In this document: positions 24,041-36,971 of the stretch, piece by piece
Layout: each line of letters opens with the position of its first letter
How positions within the stretch are numbered: the first letter of the stretch is position 1
Assembly: GCA_051530055.1 (NCBI GenBank)
Contig: CM121341.1
Coordinates: 1,798,001 to 1,862,000 of the forward strand
Direction: 5' to 3'
DNA: 64,000 nucleotides
DNA from: Neoechinorhynchus agilis
Taxonomy: Eukaryota; Animalia; Acanthocephala
Program-made: the position numbers and the translations under genes
The notes under the pieces: model-generated
Database searches by the model: none
Seen by the model: only the letters and a program-made list of their open reading frames with translations
What the model was told of the DNA's origin: nothing

Positions 24041-25196
24041 ACCAAAAGAAGATAATTCTCATGATCTCTCAGTACGCACCGTGATCAACTGACAAATGCT
24101 TTTTTTGCTCATCCATTACCGCCAACGTGCCCTTCGTTCATATATCTGTTCCAATACTTAACAGTCATAAATCTGGTAAGTTACGCAAGTTAAAGGTTAA
24201 ACAAGATTATCTGCCACTTCATAGTGGATTCAACTGTCATTTCAATTATTAAACCTGCTTGCAGTATGGTTTAAGACTCCTCAAATTATTCGATTTCGAG
24301 ATATGTTCTATACTTTAATCTCTTTTCCCCTAGGAATGGTGAGCAAATCTAACCGTACATTACATGTAAAATGCTAATTCCTTAGCTCGTAACCGAGATA
24401 TTTTGGACGCTTATACTCTACGATAGATCTTTTATTGTCCATTCAGATCGTAGGATTCAATTTACCAAAACAGTGAACCATATTCTCCACACTTTACCTG
24501 CAATGGTCATTATCGTCCATGCAATTACAACCATTTATGAATACCCAAGATCACTCCGACAGCCAATAGTCGTGATTTCGTCAATGATTTTATCGTATAC
24601 ATTAACGTAAGTTTTGAATGTGAAAACTTTGGACATTTCACATTTCCGAACATTTGAAGCGTCTACTTCGTCCGTTGGAAATTGGGCGAGTTCCCCTATC
24701 CGTTCCTTAATATGATGAAGCCTACCCACGTCCCACCATTTGTGCTCATCGTGTTAATCATCGCGTTCATAAATTATTTTCTTGGAATGCTCATAAACAC
24801 GATGGTTAAGAAAATTAAAGGTATGGAAAGGATCTAGAATTCATTTTATTCTTATTTGTTCACACGTTATAGGTGATGGGCGAAAAGATGAGGCAAAAAA
24901 GAGAGTATAATAAAACTTATTTTAAATTGACGAGAATAAACTCTTGTATTATGATGTCAATATTTGATTTCTGGCGATGAAATTAAAATGATTTCATTTT
25001 AAAATCCGATATTTCGGACGCAATCTTGTACGCGTTTATCAAGGTTGTCGAAGTGTTTTATTTGCACTATCAAGAAAACGATGTGCAGAAAAAAATTCCA
25101 ATAATAATAGCGTTTTTCCATAAAACAACTGCAATTTAATAATAAAGTACAAAACGTACAATCACCACCGTCCGAAAAATTGGAGCTTCTCTCATT

Positions 25197-25329
25197 CCTC
25201 GACCGTCACGCTGGCAGCATTGCCTCGTTGTACTGCGAGCGAGATATTTTGTCGAAGGAATACGCCTGCTCTTGAGTCTCCGGTCGTTTCTCTCAATTTC
25301 TTCGAGAGATCCTGGAGCAGAGTGAGTGA
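25197..25329 (-). mobile_element. CRE-clade 3' fragment
   Basis: Reverse complement matches 4425-4555 with small deletions. Confidence 0.8.
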
Positions 25330-26369
25330 TAAAATAATGGGCCAACAATAGATATTCATGCATCAAAGCATAAAAGATCTCAATTTAGTAAGTTTTTGGA
25401 ATGAACTCATTTGATTGTGATCCTTGTTTTGCTTCACTGACAAAATTCCTGATTGCCATATCCACACTTTTGTGATACCTATAAGTTTTTAAAAGATCCC
25501 AAACATTGAATCGTAGATTAAGAACCGAATATACAATTCGAATTCTTCGGTTTCACATGCGAAAAGACACTATATGATTTAACTTTGAGATTGAACTCAA
25601 AATTGATGGCCTCAGTATGACAACATCTAATCGACTAACTATTGGAGATCCTTCAAATTTGACCAGTACTTGTCGTTTAGAAAGCAATAACTTAAGTGCT
25701 TTTCTTAGAGCAAATTGAAGCAGATAATGTCTTTATCTTAAGAAATTAGGTGTTTATATTTTTCTTAAACGTGTTACAAAGTTTTTATAAAATTCCGAAT
25801 ACTGGATTTCTCACAATTTTGAAAAACTTAAAGTAGAACATTTCACACATTTTAGCAATTAAAAAATATATTTTTTATTTTTTAGAAGTGAGCTCGAAGA
25901 ACTTCAATTTCGCTTTAAGGATGGAATCATTTTTCGATTTCGATGGGCAATTGTGCAAAATAAGTAGAATATGTTCGTTTATGATTTCATCTTTGATGTA
26001 GGGAAAATTTTGACTTAAATAGCGATTGTAAATGTTTCATCTGGTCATCCATTGCACGATTCAAATGATCCGTACGCGTTATTTATTGGAGAAGCTTTAA
26101 ACAATGGGCTCCATGCTTTAGACAAAATTCTGGTGATCTAAGCTAAATTCCAAACAATTCAGTGGAAATCAAAAGAAAACTTTTTTCGGCCTTTATCCTG
26201 TATATAAGCGAGGTCGCATTTGCTGACCACCTCCTGCATTTTTCGCAGTTGAAGCATTTTTCTTTGTGCAGCCTGGATCCCCGGAGTTCGGTGTGTTCGA
26301 TCCGTCGCTGTTTCGGTCGGTCTTTCCGACGTTTTTCCTCGACTTTTCACCGAGGAAAGCTTGCTCGTA

Positions 26370-26930
26370 AGGCGATAACATACCACCTAATACTGTTCCG
26401 TATATCGTCGTTTATTATGCGGTTGAACAAGGTGATTCCGCCTATCCACATCAACATTTTCGTCTCCATGATAACGAGGATTTATTCTTCAAGCTTGGTG
26501 ATTGACCAACGTTCGGCTATATAACGAGCTACGGAACGAACTTCTGATCAATGCACCCTCGATTTCAGGTGTCTCTTAATACGCCGATCACACAGAAGGC
26601 ATTTCTGTCCAAGTCAAGTTGATTCGATTTGTGATTTCCCATCCAAAGTCGCCGTCGTCGTCGGAGAGTACCGATCCGAGATATTTTAGGTGGTCGACTA
26701 GTGGTAGATCGGCGTTGTTTATCTTTAATAAGACGTTTTATTTTGCTAAAGAAGAGGAACCATGTATCTCTGGGTTCTCGTTAACACCTGAACTAGTGAA
26801 CACTCGAGTATTGACAGGATGAATGAATGTGATTGTCAACTTTGGAATGGATGACGGATCCGGAATTGGATCGTGCATCTCTCTTTGCGAGCTATTTTGA
26901 GATACTGTGTTTTCTTGGGGTTCATTCTAA
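26370..26930 (-). mobile_element. RTE-clade LINE 3' remnant
   Basis: MNPKKTQYL, VDHLKYLGSVLSDDDGDFGWEITNRIN, ETKMLMWIGGITLFNRIINDDIRN, with stops. Confidence 0.7.
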
Positions 26931-27475
26931 AACCGAATGGTGCCAGTCGATCAGTTCATACTTGGAAGAAGTCGTTTAAAGCCTATTTTGTCAAAAAATT
27001 ATCAGCTGAGTAATTAGACACTGATCGAAAATTATTCCAACAATACAACTAAAATGTTCCCCTTATAAAAGATATTCTTACTCACTTGAGATAATTAATT
27101 AGCTACAAAAATGCGGGTTTATGTTCTTTTCTAAACGTTTTATTTCTCGTAAAAGTATCCCAAGAAACCATTCTTTGTGAAAAACTTATATGCTATTTGA
27201 ATCCTAATTTGAATTTTTTATTAAATTTATTCAATGTTCTCACAAAAGTCCATTCAGTCGCTCCACATCAACATTCGAAACAAAAAAAAATAGTTTTAAT
27301 TTGTGTATTTAGAATATGTTCATTTCAACAACAACAACAACTATTATTGTAAATTACAAATATTTTGAGCTCATTTGCAGAACATTTCGACCCGTTCAAA
27401 AATGACTGACGTAAACTAAAATCTATAATAGAGAGTGTCATTACCATCAAGTCTCATTGCCTTTTTTACCACCAA

Positions 27476-28813
27476 ATGAATCCGAATAGCATTCCGCCTT
27501 TTCAACCTCCATACTTACCACCGGCTCCGTATGCGGATTTATACAATGCGCAAATCAGAAGACATTTACAATTCACGACAGTTTTCAATCAGCCTGAAAT
27601 GATGCTTCCTCATCCGATGTTGCAAATGTACCAAGGACCCACGGCGCCCTTCATGAATTCATATTCTGGAACGATGATGGGTTTACCCAATTTGTACCAA
27701 GTCCCTTACATTTTGACTCCGTGGCAGGAATACCCGCGGGCGAATTATAGTAGAAATTATAAGGTAGTAGATCGTCCGGGACACGGACCTTACATTTTAC
27801 AAGGTATAATTTAATCGAGTATTAAAAGATTTAATGGATTAATTTATTAAGGTTTAAATACTAGGCACCATGCGACAACTCCTGGTCAAGTTGATAATTT
27901 GATTACGATTGATAAGACTGACGATGTAGCAATTCAAAGCGAAGCAGATAAGAAGACCAACGAAGATGATGCTAAGGAAGCTAAAAAAGGAGATACGGAG
28001 CTTGCGATCTCCGCTGTCGCGAGTGCTCCACCGGCCCCGGCACAACCGAATGCTAAACAAGCCCAGGGAACCCCGCGTGTAGGTCCACATCCACTCTATC
28101 TCGAAATGCTGGAAAGGGAACGCAATTCGGGACAACAAAAAACCGATGTTTTTAATAGGCCAAGCAGAAGGCAGCGTGTACAAGTTCCTAATATTCCAGT
28201 GCCACCAATGGTTACGCCAGGAATTAGTAGACCGGACAGATTCCATAGATCGGCGGTACATTCAACAGGAAATGCTACTAGGGATTTTAGACGAGAGATC
28301 AGGACGGATTCTGCATTTAGAGAGTTACAAAAAGAGCATTTTAATCTAAAAAACCAAGTAAATACCCTAAAAAGAGAGATCGCAGAAATTAAAGCGCTTA
28401 AAAAGGATACGGATTCAAATGTGATAACGAAGGAGATTCCTAGAGTTACTGGGAAGCAAGGGACAATGATCACCACACCCCAACATCCAAGGCAACAGAA
28501 CTGGATTGGGCCACCGATCCGAAGATCGTATGTCATAGAGCAACCACGTAATGTTATAATGCAACCGCATTTACCAAACGTCTATTGCGGTCCACGACCG
28601 GGCTGTTTTTTAAACCCGCAGGAGCTAAACATGATAATGTCAGCTCACCACTTGCCGAACATTCCAGTTATGGAGCAGTACGTGTCGGAAACGCAAGTTG
28701 ATCTATTGAAACCCCCGAATTCTCCGGATAAGGCAGGAAATAAAGAGAACGCTGCAAAGGCCGAGAAGGATCCCGAAGAGAAGACCAAGGTTGAGAACAA
28801 TGCTAACCTCTAG
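27476..28813 (+). CDS. Unknown P/Q-rich protein with a coiled coil, two exons (intron 27804-27851)
   Basis: A 48-nt GTATAA...TTAAG intron joins ORFs 27476-27814 and 27899-28813 in frame (~430 aa). Confidence 0.65.
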
Positions 28814-29779
28814 GTTCGCATTATAGATAGAATACTAGACGATTAGAATGAATATTTAACCCATTAGCTATCAGTAAATCATATTTATCCTCATAAAGAC
28901 TTGCTTCGGTTACTATTTAACTCTTTGAATAATCAGAGAGCTTAGGTCAGAATTCCGAAAGTAAAGATTCGCTACAAAAATACAATCAGCCCAAATCATC
29001 TTATCAATTATTTAGACTCATAATTTTACATTTTCAAATTTTAAAAATGAGCCATAGAAACAAACTGAGAGTTGCCTAGTTAATTATTGTTTTTTATTCA
29101 AAGTTTAAAAATCAAAATGGTGAAAAGTGAAGATTTCTTCCAAAAATACAATCACCACCAATCACTTTTCAAAATAATAGATTCGTTATATTTTAATTGT
29201 CAATATAAACATTCGGCGTTTCGGAACTAACTATTTAAAAAGTAAGAACTCAAACCAGAATTATAAAAAATAGAAATCAAACGTAAACCCAGCTTCACTT
29301 CGAATCGCTGACTGATGAGAGGAAAAGCAAAAGATTGCTTAAACGGCAAAAGGATAGGGACGAGTGAATAGAAGACTTAATTTCCTATTTATTCCGAACA
29401 TTGTGATTTTTGACTAATTTTGTAAACCTCAATTTAACCGTACAAACTAGATTCATTACATTGATCGGCAGAAATACCGTCAAAAGCCTTCCACCATTAA
29501 TCACATTTTGATAGTAGTAAAAGGTGAAAATATATTATGTGTCGAAGTGTGGCCTATTCCATACCTGATAATTTTCCTTGGATACACAGCCTACCGATAT
29601 GACTCAAGGAAGCGCCCCACCCAAGTATCAATTAAAAAAATGGATCAATCATGTGGCTGGAAAATCAGGTAGTATTTGACAAAAAGCACATAAAATCACT
29701 AAATACATTAAACCAAACGATTATGAGTTTATACTTAAACTCCCAATCCATGTTTCAGAGTCAAGGAGTTAAAATCCAC

Positions 29780-29905
29780 GGACCGATGAAGGGAAGTGGA
29801 AACTAACTGATGTGTCCCATCTTCTGGAGGTATATGAGAATCCGGATGGAGGGCATTGAGCGATGACCAGCGCATCCCCGGTCCAGATCGGTGGGCTATG
29901 TGCCA
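29780..29905 (+). mobile_element. tRNA-headed repeat family, degenerate copy 3 (no head seen, hammerhead core mutated)
   Basis: gaaggga..ggaaactaactgatgtgtccc..ctggaggtatatgagaatcc, followed by the same gcattga..gaccagcgc..atcggtgg segment as copy 1. Confidence 0.65.
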
Positions 29906-30221
29906 AATAAACAACTACAAGCCATGAAGAAGGCCAGACGTAGATACAGAATAAATGTAACAGGCTAGCCAGATTTCAAAAGATTAAAATTATAGTTGAA
30001 TAATTCGGAGATGTATATTCTCGTCGATTTTGTAAGCCAAACAAAAAAGATAATAGCAATCCTTTTTAAATTACCTTGGGTACAAATGGCAAGCGATATT
30101 TTCCGGGTCACAATCCATTGCTTAAAAGCATTCAGGAGGTCGATGCGGTTATTAAACATATTACAGATGATCTTAAAAACGTAATTTCAGGCATCTATGA
30201 TTTTTCATTGCGCTTTCTTTA

Positions 30222-31047
30222 GATGATTTCCCACCTTATTTGGAGTTGTGGTGATCACCATTTCTTGGATAAAACATATTTCGATCCAATAAAATATGTT
30301 TTATCCAAGGGATCAAAATAACCACATCTCCAACTCTATCATCCCCAAGGATTTTCTCTAGATGATTTTCGTCGTTACTATGAGTTGTAGCGATCATCAT
30401 TTCTCGGATATAACATATTTCGATCCAATAAAATATGTTTTATCCAAGGGATCAAAATAACCACATCTCCAACTCTATCATCCCCAAGGATTTTCTCTAG
30501 ATGATTTTCGTCGTTACTATGAGTTGTAGCGATCATCATTTCTCGGATATAACATATTTCGATCCAATAAAATATGTTTTATCCAAGGGATCAAAATAAC
30601 CACATCTCCAACTCTATCATCCCCAAGGATTTTCTCTAGATGATTTTCGTCGTTACTATGAGTTGTAGCGATCATCATTTCTCGGATATAACATATTTCG
30701 ATCCAATAAAATATGTTTTATCCAAGGGATCAAAATAACCGCATCTCCAACTCTGTCATCCCCGAGGATTTTCTCTAGATGATTTTCGTCGTTACTATGA
30801 GTTGTGGTGATCATCATTTTTCGGATAAAACACATTTCGATCCAATAAAATATGTCTTATTCAAGGGATCAAAATAACCGCATCTCCAACTCTGTCATCC
30901 CCGAGGATTTTCTCTAGATGATTTTCGTCGTTACTATGAGTTGTGGTGATCATCATTTTTCGGATAAAACACATTTCGATCCAATAAAATATGTCTTATT
31001 CAAGGGATCAAAATAACCACATCTCCAACTCAATCATCCCCAAGGAT
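30222..31047. repeat. Tandem array C, 139-bp unit, about 6 copies
   Basis: gatgattttcgtcg recurs at 30361, 30500 and 30639. Confidence 0.95.
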
Positions 31048-31049
31048 CC

Positions 31050-31193
31050 TTATTGTTTAGGTCGCTTGTCGACATTCGAGGGAGAACGCGTTAAAGACGA
31101 ATGTATTTTTCGGCTGATTGAATCCTAGAAATTGGGAATTCAATTGCTTGTAGGTCTCCCTTGAGTGTCGTTGACAAGCAACCTAAACAATAA
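31050..31193. mobile_element. MITE-like hairpin at the end of array C
   Basis: Imperfect ~36-bp arms ttattgtttaggtcgcttgtc..gggaga / tctccc..gacaagcaacctaaacaataa. Confidence 0.65.
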
Positions 31194-31771
31194 CATATCC
31201 CTAACCACCCAAATGCAATCTTCAACATATTTCGATCCAAATAAATACGTTTTATCCGGGAGGATTATGTTCATAACACATTTAAATCAATCATTCTGAA
31301 GAATTTTTTCGTGATCCTAAGTGGAAATTACAATCCTCTTCGGATTTTTATAATGTTGCAACGAAAGACAAAGCCAAGAATTTAATTGTATAAATCGACT
31401 CAGGAAATCTGGATGACGTCACAATAAGTTTCGTGCATTTCGTTACGAATGCGCCACTCACTTTATTGCAATGAAATACTCGCTTTTGTAAAATGTCTTA
31501 GTAAAATCTTAAATGTCTTTGACATATTTGGTTATTATATGCCATTTTGGTTGCAATATTTCGTTTAATTTCTTTAATCTTACTTCTGGCATTTGCTGAG
31601 GTTCGGTTTTCGGGGTTTTAGGCCAACTAAAACTCCTTAAATAGGACAAAAAATGGCTGACGTAAGCTTAGAGGCAAATCTTATTTAGACCTCCTTCGAC
31701 TTTATAATTGAAACTGACTTTATGCGAATTTCTAAAACCGATTTGTTAGAAGAAATTAAGTTAAATTTGAT

Positions 31772-31891
31772 ATTATTGTTTAGAAGTCTACAGCCGCGGG
31801 AAATGATTATTTCGATTAAAACGTTTAATAGACGCTGGTTCGCAGAATCGAAATAATCATTTCCCGCGGCTGTAGACTTCTAAACAATAAT
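31772..31891. mobile_element. MITE-like perfect hairpin, 46-bp arms, 28-nt spacer
   Basis: attattgtttagaagtctacagccgcgggaaatgattatttcgatt and its exact reverse complement at 31846-31891. Confidence 0.8.
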
Positions 31892-32136
31892 TCCTACCTC
31901 ACATATCGACATTTTTAGCTTAGATTTAATCTTGATTTTTAAAAAGTGATAGAAGTGACGGAATTATTTATTTAAAATTGATCTCTACCCCGTGTAACGG
32001 TCTAATTTTTTATAATGTTGATTTTATTGTAGTTTGCATAGTTTCCCATCTTTATGCTTCCCACAAGTATTTCTTATTCACGGAAATCAGGAGTATTCTT
32101 GAAATTATAAAACCTTTTCCTTAATATTTTCTCAAG

Positions 32137-33825
32137 ATGGATGGCCGAGCATCTCATTTGCTAGACCACCAACAGCAAGATAACGACATTATTGTCGACG
32201 ACAGTGAAAGTCTTTTCCACCAATACTTTGGCGGAAATTCCACTCACGAGTCCTTGCCAGTTAATCAAGCACCACCAGCTCCCACACCGCCAATATACAC
32301 CGTTAACGACGATGAAGAAGTGCGTTTTGTTGCTTGTGGGAAATCCGAACTGCCACCTAAACGTCCCCGAAGGAGCGAACTTCGCTCAATACCTCAGACC
32401 TGCGATGCATCGACTTCTCAAGCATTTTTTGGAGTAACAAAAGCAAGACACGAGATGGTAGTAAATCGAATGTGTGACATGCTACGTGACAATCAACAAT
32501 TTTCCCAAATCGAAGCTCGAAACTTTCAAAAACTTTGCCAAAAACGCGAAGCAATTCTCCAAGAAGCACCGGAGCATCTTCGTCCTGTTTTGATGGAAAG
32601 CGAACCTGCATTGCTTCGAGAATATCTCCGATCCAAGGGAAATCAACCAACACGGATAATCAACCGCTCGTTTTCCGATCAATATATACCAACCACACTT
32701 CCGTCGCGAACTCCTAGTGAGCTAAATGTTCAAATGCTGCAAGCAAGAGGCATCTATCCGCCTGTCCTAGAGCCAAACCATGAACATGAATTAAGACGGC
32801 TTGCTGATTGGTACAGACGTGCAAGTGAACAACAGCGAGCTGATTTTAATCATGAGCCAATGAGATATGTTATGAGAACTCGGGAAACCAACTATGGCAC
32901 AAATGTAAGACGATGTAGATCTGTTCAAGTTCCTGTAGGTCAGATGTATCCATCTCAACGTCATTCAGTTCGCTCGGAAACTTCTTCAAGTACTTCTAGC
33001 ATTTATTATGCTCAATTGAGTGGTGTGCGAGTTTTGGCGAAACCACTAAACGCTCAATCTACTCCTGTTAAGCAACAAACTTATCCATTTCGACAACCAA
33101 CCCGCTTTCAGTCGTCGTCTCCGATTGATATTCGTGTCCCAAGTCAATATCAACGGATGAGCACTGCTTTGTGTAGCAATCAACCTCGACCAATTCGAGA
33201 ACAGCGTCCAACGAATACTGAAACGAATAGTTCTTTGAGTCCTACAACCCACAAAAAGCTCCAATCTTTTGAAGAACTTAATTATTATCTAAGTCATCCT
33301 GAGAAAAGGACTTCAAAATCAAGTGAAGACACATTGTCCACTCGGCAATCTACGACCAATTCCTCCCTCAATAGCTCTAGTACGAGTGAGTCCACCACGA
33401 AATCTGTGGCTGAAACTCCGGACACGCCTCGACGACACCGATCAATTTATAGTGAGGAATTTATGGAGCGCGTTAAACAGGAAAGTGAGGAAATCATGAG
33501 CCAACTTAGGAATCAAGACTTGGAAGACGAAACGCGTCGCGAGAATGAGGATATCAAGATCATCGGAGTTAATTGCGATCCGTACGAAATTTGGAATAAC
33601 GTTCCAGAGCTCCATGATCAAACGTATGATCAATTGTATTTTAAGAATTGCGATTCTCTAGCGGATATTGCTAGGTATAAGTTTTGTGCTGACAATGGGC
33701 ATCTACCGCAAGCTGTAAATTCAATGGAAGAGGCTGAGAAACTAATCTATGAAATGAACGCACCACTCGTGGGACGGACGGGGACTCCTGAAATTGACGA
33801 AGATGATCCTTGGAACGTCGATTGA
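32137..33825 (+). CDS. Unknown 562-aa S/T/R-rich protein, intronless
   Basis: Long ATG-started ORF preceded by a pyrimidine tract; no recognised domain. Confidence 0.8.
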   Translation: MDGRASHLLDHQQQDNDIIVDDSESLFHQYFGGNSTHESLPVNQAPPAPTPPIYTVNDDEEVRFVACGKSELPPKRPRRSELRSIPQTCDASTSQAFFGVTKARHEMVVNRMCDMLRDNQQFSQIEARNFQKLCQKREAILQEAPEHLRPVLMESEPALLREYLRSKGNQPTRIINRSFSDQYIPTTLPSRTPSELNVQMLQARGIYPPVLEPNHEHELRRLADWYRRASEQQRADFNHEPMRYVMRTRETNYGTNVRRCRSVQVPVGQMYPSQRHSVRSETSSSTSSIYYAQLSGVRVLAKPLNAQSTPVKQQTYPFRQPTRFQSSSPIDIRVPSQYQRMSTALCSNQPRPIREQRPTNTETNSSLSPTTHKKLQSFEELNYYLSHPEKRTSKSSEDTLSTRQSTTNSSLNSSSTSESTTKSVAETPDTPRRHRSIYSEEFMERVKQESEEIMSQLRNQDLEDETRRENEDIKIIGVNCDPYEIWNNVPELHDQTYDQLYFKNCDSLADIARYKFCADNGHLPQAVNSMEEAEKLIYEMNAPLVGRTGTPEIDEDDPWNVD

Positions 33826-34209
33826 TATAAAATTCGTTTAAAAAATCCAAGAAATCTTACAACTAATCGGAATCTTCTTGAATGACTCATTATTGAATTT
33901 CTGAACTTACTAAGCAAGACAATGTTTTTTAATGCATTTAGCAGTTGTATCTCCAGAGCTAGAATGTGACTTTACTAAATCTTCTTATGTATAAGATAAT
34001 GGCAGCTACGACGCGCATTTCTTTAATTCTCCAAATACAGAAACTCTGGTGATTTGAAAAGATTAATTCGACCCTCGACAGCAATTCTGCAATCCGTTCC
34101 CCATGTACTCTTCCTTCCATAGGTACAGAGACAACCGCTCAGTCGTACGACAGTCACTACCCAGGCTCTAGGCAAAACCCCGATCTAGAATTCATCTCAG
34201 TCCACTTCT

Positions 34210-35255
34210 CAGCTCCTCTAAAGAAGGGTCTTATAGAATTCACAATTGCTGGCCTCTACCGCCCTCCTTTCTCTCGTCCTGAGTCCTCTTTACGTAAACT
34301 TGAATCCATGATGTAGTCCATAAACCCCGCAAATTAACGCCATTTCTTAAATGCAGGGAACTTTATTTCCTCCGTCGCTCTTCTCCGAGTTGCGTAGGTC
34401 TTGACGCTCACCTCGATAAAGTGTTCGCAAATATCGACACCTACTCATCCTGTCATCTACCCATCATGCGGGAAAACTGCTAAAGTTATTCCTCTTCCGA
34501 AAAATGGACACCCGATTTCCATGGAATCATTCCGTCCAATATCCATTCTACCCGCTCTTTCAAAAATCATTGAAAAATGTTTTAAATCTCGCTCTCCACT
34601 TCTCAGCAACAAATTATCGCCCCTACAATTTGGCTTACAGCCCAAATTTTCTGCAACCGATGCCCTATTTTATATTTTACGGCACGCTGCGACGGAACAT
34701 CGACAATAATGCCACTCGTGTCACCCATCTCATTCGACTGGACTTATCGAAAGCATTCGAATACGTAGACCATCCGATTTCGGTCTAAACGTTTGGCAAA
34801 TCCGCTGGCTGGCCTCGTATCACTGTCGGGCTACGTCCTCGATCAGAATATCCCTCACCAAAGGCGTACCTCAAAATGCTGCGCTGTCACCACTTCTTTT
34901 TAATATTTTCTTAAACGACCTCAAACCTCGCTCGTTTCACTCTAAACTTTTTTATATGCCGACGATATCACGCTCATCACTCAATCACCATCCCACCTCT
35001 CCTTAACGCCTAACGAAATCATAAACATAAAAGATTACTGCGCTAATCACAAACTCTGCCTCTCCAATTTCAGTCAAATCTGAAATGTAACTCGCACATT
35101 ACACTTTTCCTCAAACGCAGTACCTTTAAAAAATTTCTCCTCAAACGCCTCAGTCATTGTAGAGTTCCTTCATCCGTACTCTCTAAATTTTACTACAGCT
35201 TTACTTTACCCTCCCTCTGCTACGGTTATCCCATCGTTTGCAACCTTTCCCAGGT
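34210..35255 (+). mobile_element. LINE family 2 remnant (APE fragment plus RT)
   Basis: IEFTIAGLYRPP, FRPISILPALSKIIEK, LDLSKAFEYVD, LYADDI. Confidence 0.85.
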
Positions 35256-35259
35256 GCGA

Positions 35260-35712
35260 TTAAGTTGATGGTGAGCCAGAGGTGCCGATCCACGAGAATT
35301 TCTATTTGCATAGTTAATTTGATTCGGTCTTGGAACACTCCTGGTTCGGTTTGATCTTTGCTGCGAGTCATGATTTAAATTTTCATTTATAGTGGCATTT
35401 GAGCTTATAGTATTATTTGAGCGCTGTTGCTCATTGTTAATTCTGGCCGGTCGGAAGACGATCCTTTCTGTCCAAGTTCCATCGCTTCGTAGGTAACTAG
35501 GAATGTAGTATTCCCCAGTTCTTGGATCGATTCTCAATTGGGTCTTTTGTCCGACATTTGCGCAAGATAAAATGATTTGCAAAGGTGATCGCGTTTGTTG
35601 CCGTTGAATAGATGTTCGTTTAAGGAAGCGATCAGATCGTTAAATATCAGTAGATTATAGTAATGACCCGATGTAGAAAGTTGAGCTTAAGAACGTTGCT
35701 GTTTAGGTCGTT
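35260..35712 (-). repeat. Inverted, truncated copy of 17828-18345 including the PYM-like ORF start
   Basis: Near-identical translation TQLRIDPRTGEYYIPSYLRSDGTWTERIVFR...SAPLA. Confidence 0.85.
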
Positions 35713-36906
35713 AGTACGATATACCAAGTTATTGGCGATGTATACAATTCGGGTTCAATGGTACGATAAATAGGCTCCCACAGTGCGTTGCGCGACCAAT
35801 CAGCGCGATATGCTATGCTTTATTCATTTATGTAGCCAATCATAGCACGAGTTAGAGAAGCTGTTCCTTATGTTTCGCTTCCGGTGTTAATTAAGCGCTT
35901 TGGAATTCGTCCATGGCCTTTGATGGCATAAATACCCTCTTATGATCAGTTTAAATAAGTTATGCATTCGACATGAGATAAGACTACATGGTTCCAAGAA
36001 CGAGAAAGGTGGATATTAAAGAATAATACCGCACTAATTACGAAAAAATTGCAAATGATCGTAGATAAGAATTTTATACGCAGAGTTTTTGGAAAAAAAA
36101 TAAAAATAAACCCTTCTAAACAAAAACTCTTGTAATACGATTTTGGGATATAGTTCTCAACAAGTATCGCCCCTGTCAACACAAAGCTTCTTTTTTGATT
36201 GATTCGACTTCATATAATTCAGTGCTAGAGCTAATTTTGTTGAACCTTACAATGAATGTCTCATGCGAAATGCAATTTTCCTTTACTCAAGTTTCATCTT
36301 TGAGATGGCTGGTTATGATGCTATAAATAATTTGAGAAGCGCGAGAGATACAACAAATTTGTAGATCACAGGGTCTACAAGAGATTTCCCATGCACCGTC
36401 CCTCGACGCGTGCATAGTAACTATCTTTGAGGTTTCTCTTCAAATTATAAGCTATTAACTCTGGACTATCGCTTATGCCGCAATCAAATGAAAATCACAT
36501 GAAATCGAAATTTATTTCAAGTTATCAACAACTCACACGTTTATCTTTGCATGGTCTCTTTCTCTTGACCTTGTAACCATTGGTGTCAATTTGCATGAGC
36601 AAATTACCGTCGAAATTTATTTCAACGTCCTTGAAGCGGCATGATTGATCCTCACGACAAAGTGTCGGTCCAATGACCGTTCATGATTATTTTTGTATCT
36701 AAGAATCAATTATATTTCGCTCAATGCAACGAAATTCATAAAAACCGATAATTGATTGTCTGTGAGATCATAAGATTTCAAATAATTGCCGCACCTGGAG
36801 AGTTTAAAGCGATGGGCAAGAAAATATCTAAAGTTGTGATTAAATACGTTTGATTTAACGTCGAATAATTGTTTAAAATACATTAAAAGTAGAACGCCAT
36901 TGTGGT

Positions 36907-36969
36907 AAGTTGGTTCCACCAAAATCCACTCGATGCTTACATGTCTCTTGATGATTAGAGATTGCCGAC
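36907..36969 (-). mobile_element. ~60-bp Penelope-like GIY-YIG fragment
   Basis: Nearly identical to 57802-57864 (codes SAISNHQETCKHRVDFGGT). Confidence 0.8.
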
Positions 36970-36971
36970 TG

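Noticed and set aside
24400-24900. Possible CAP/ShK-like Cys-rich gene on the minus strand
   Set aside because: Only isolated motifs (IGC, CNCMDDNDHC); no consistent exon chain could be built.
30361-30420. Hammerhead-like AUGAUGA...CGAAA on the minus strand of array C
   Set aside because: C3 is missing, there is no stem I or III, stem II is lost in later units, and the match is explained by the gatgat/atcatc palindrome.
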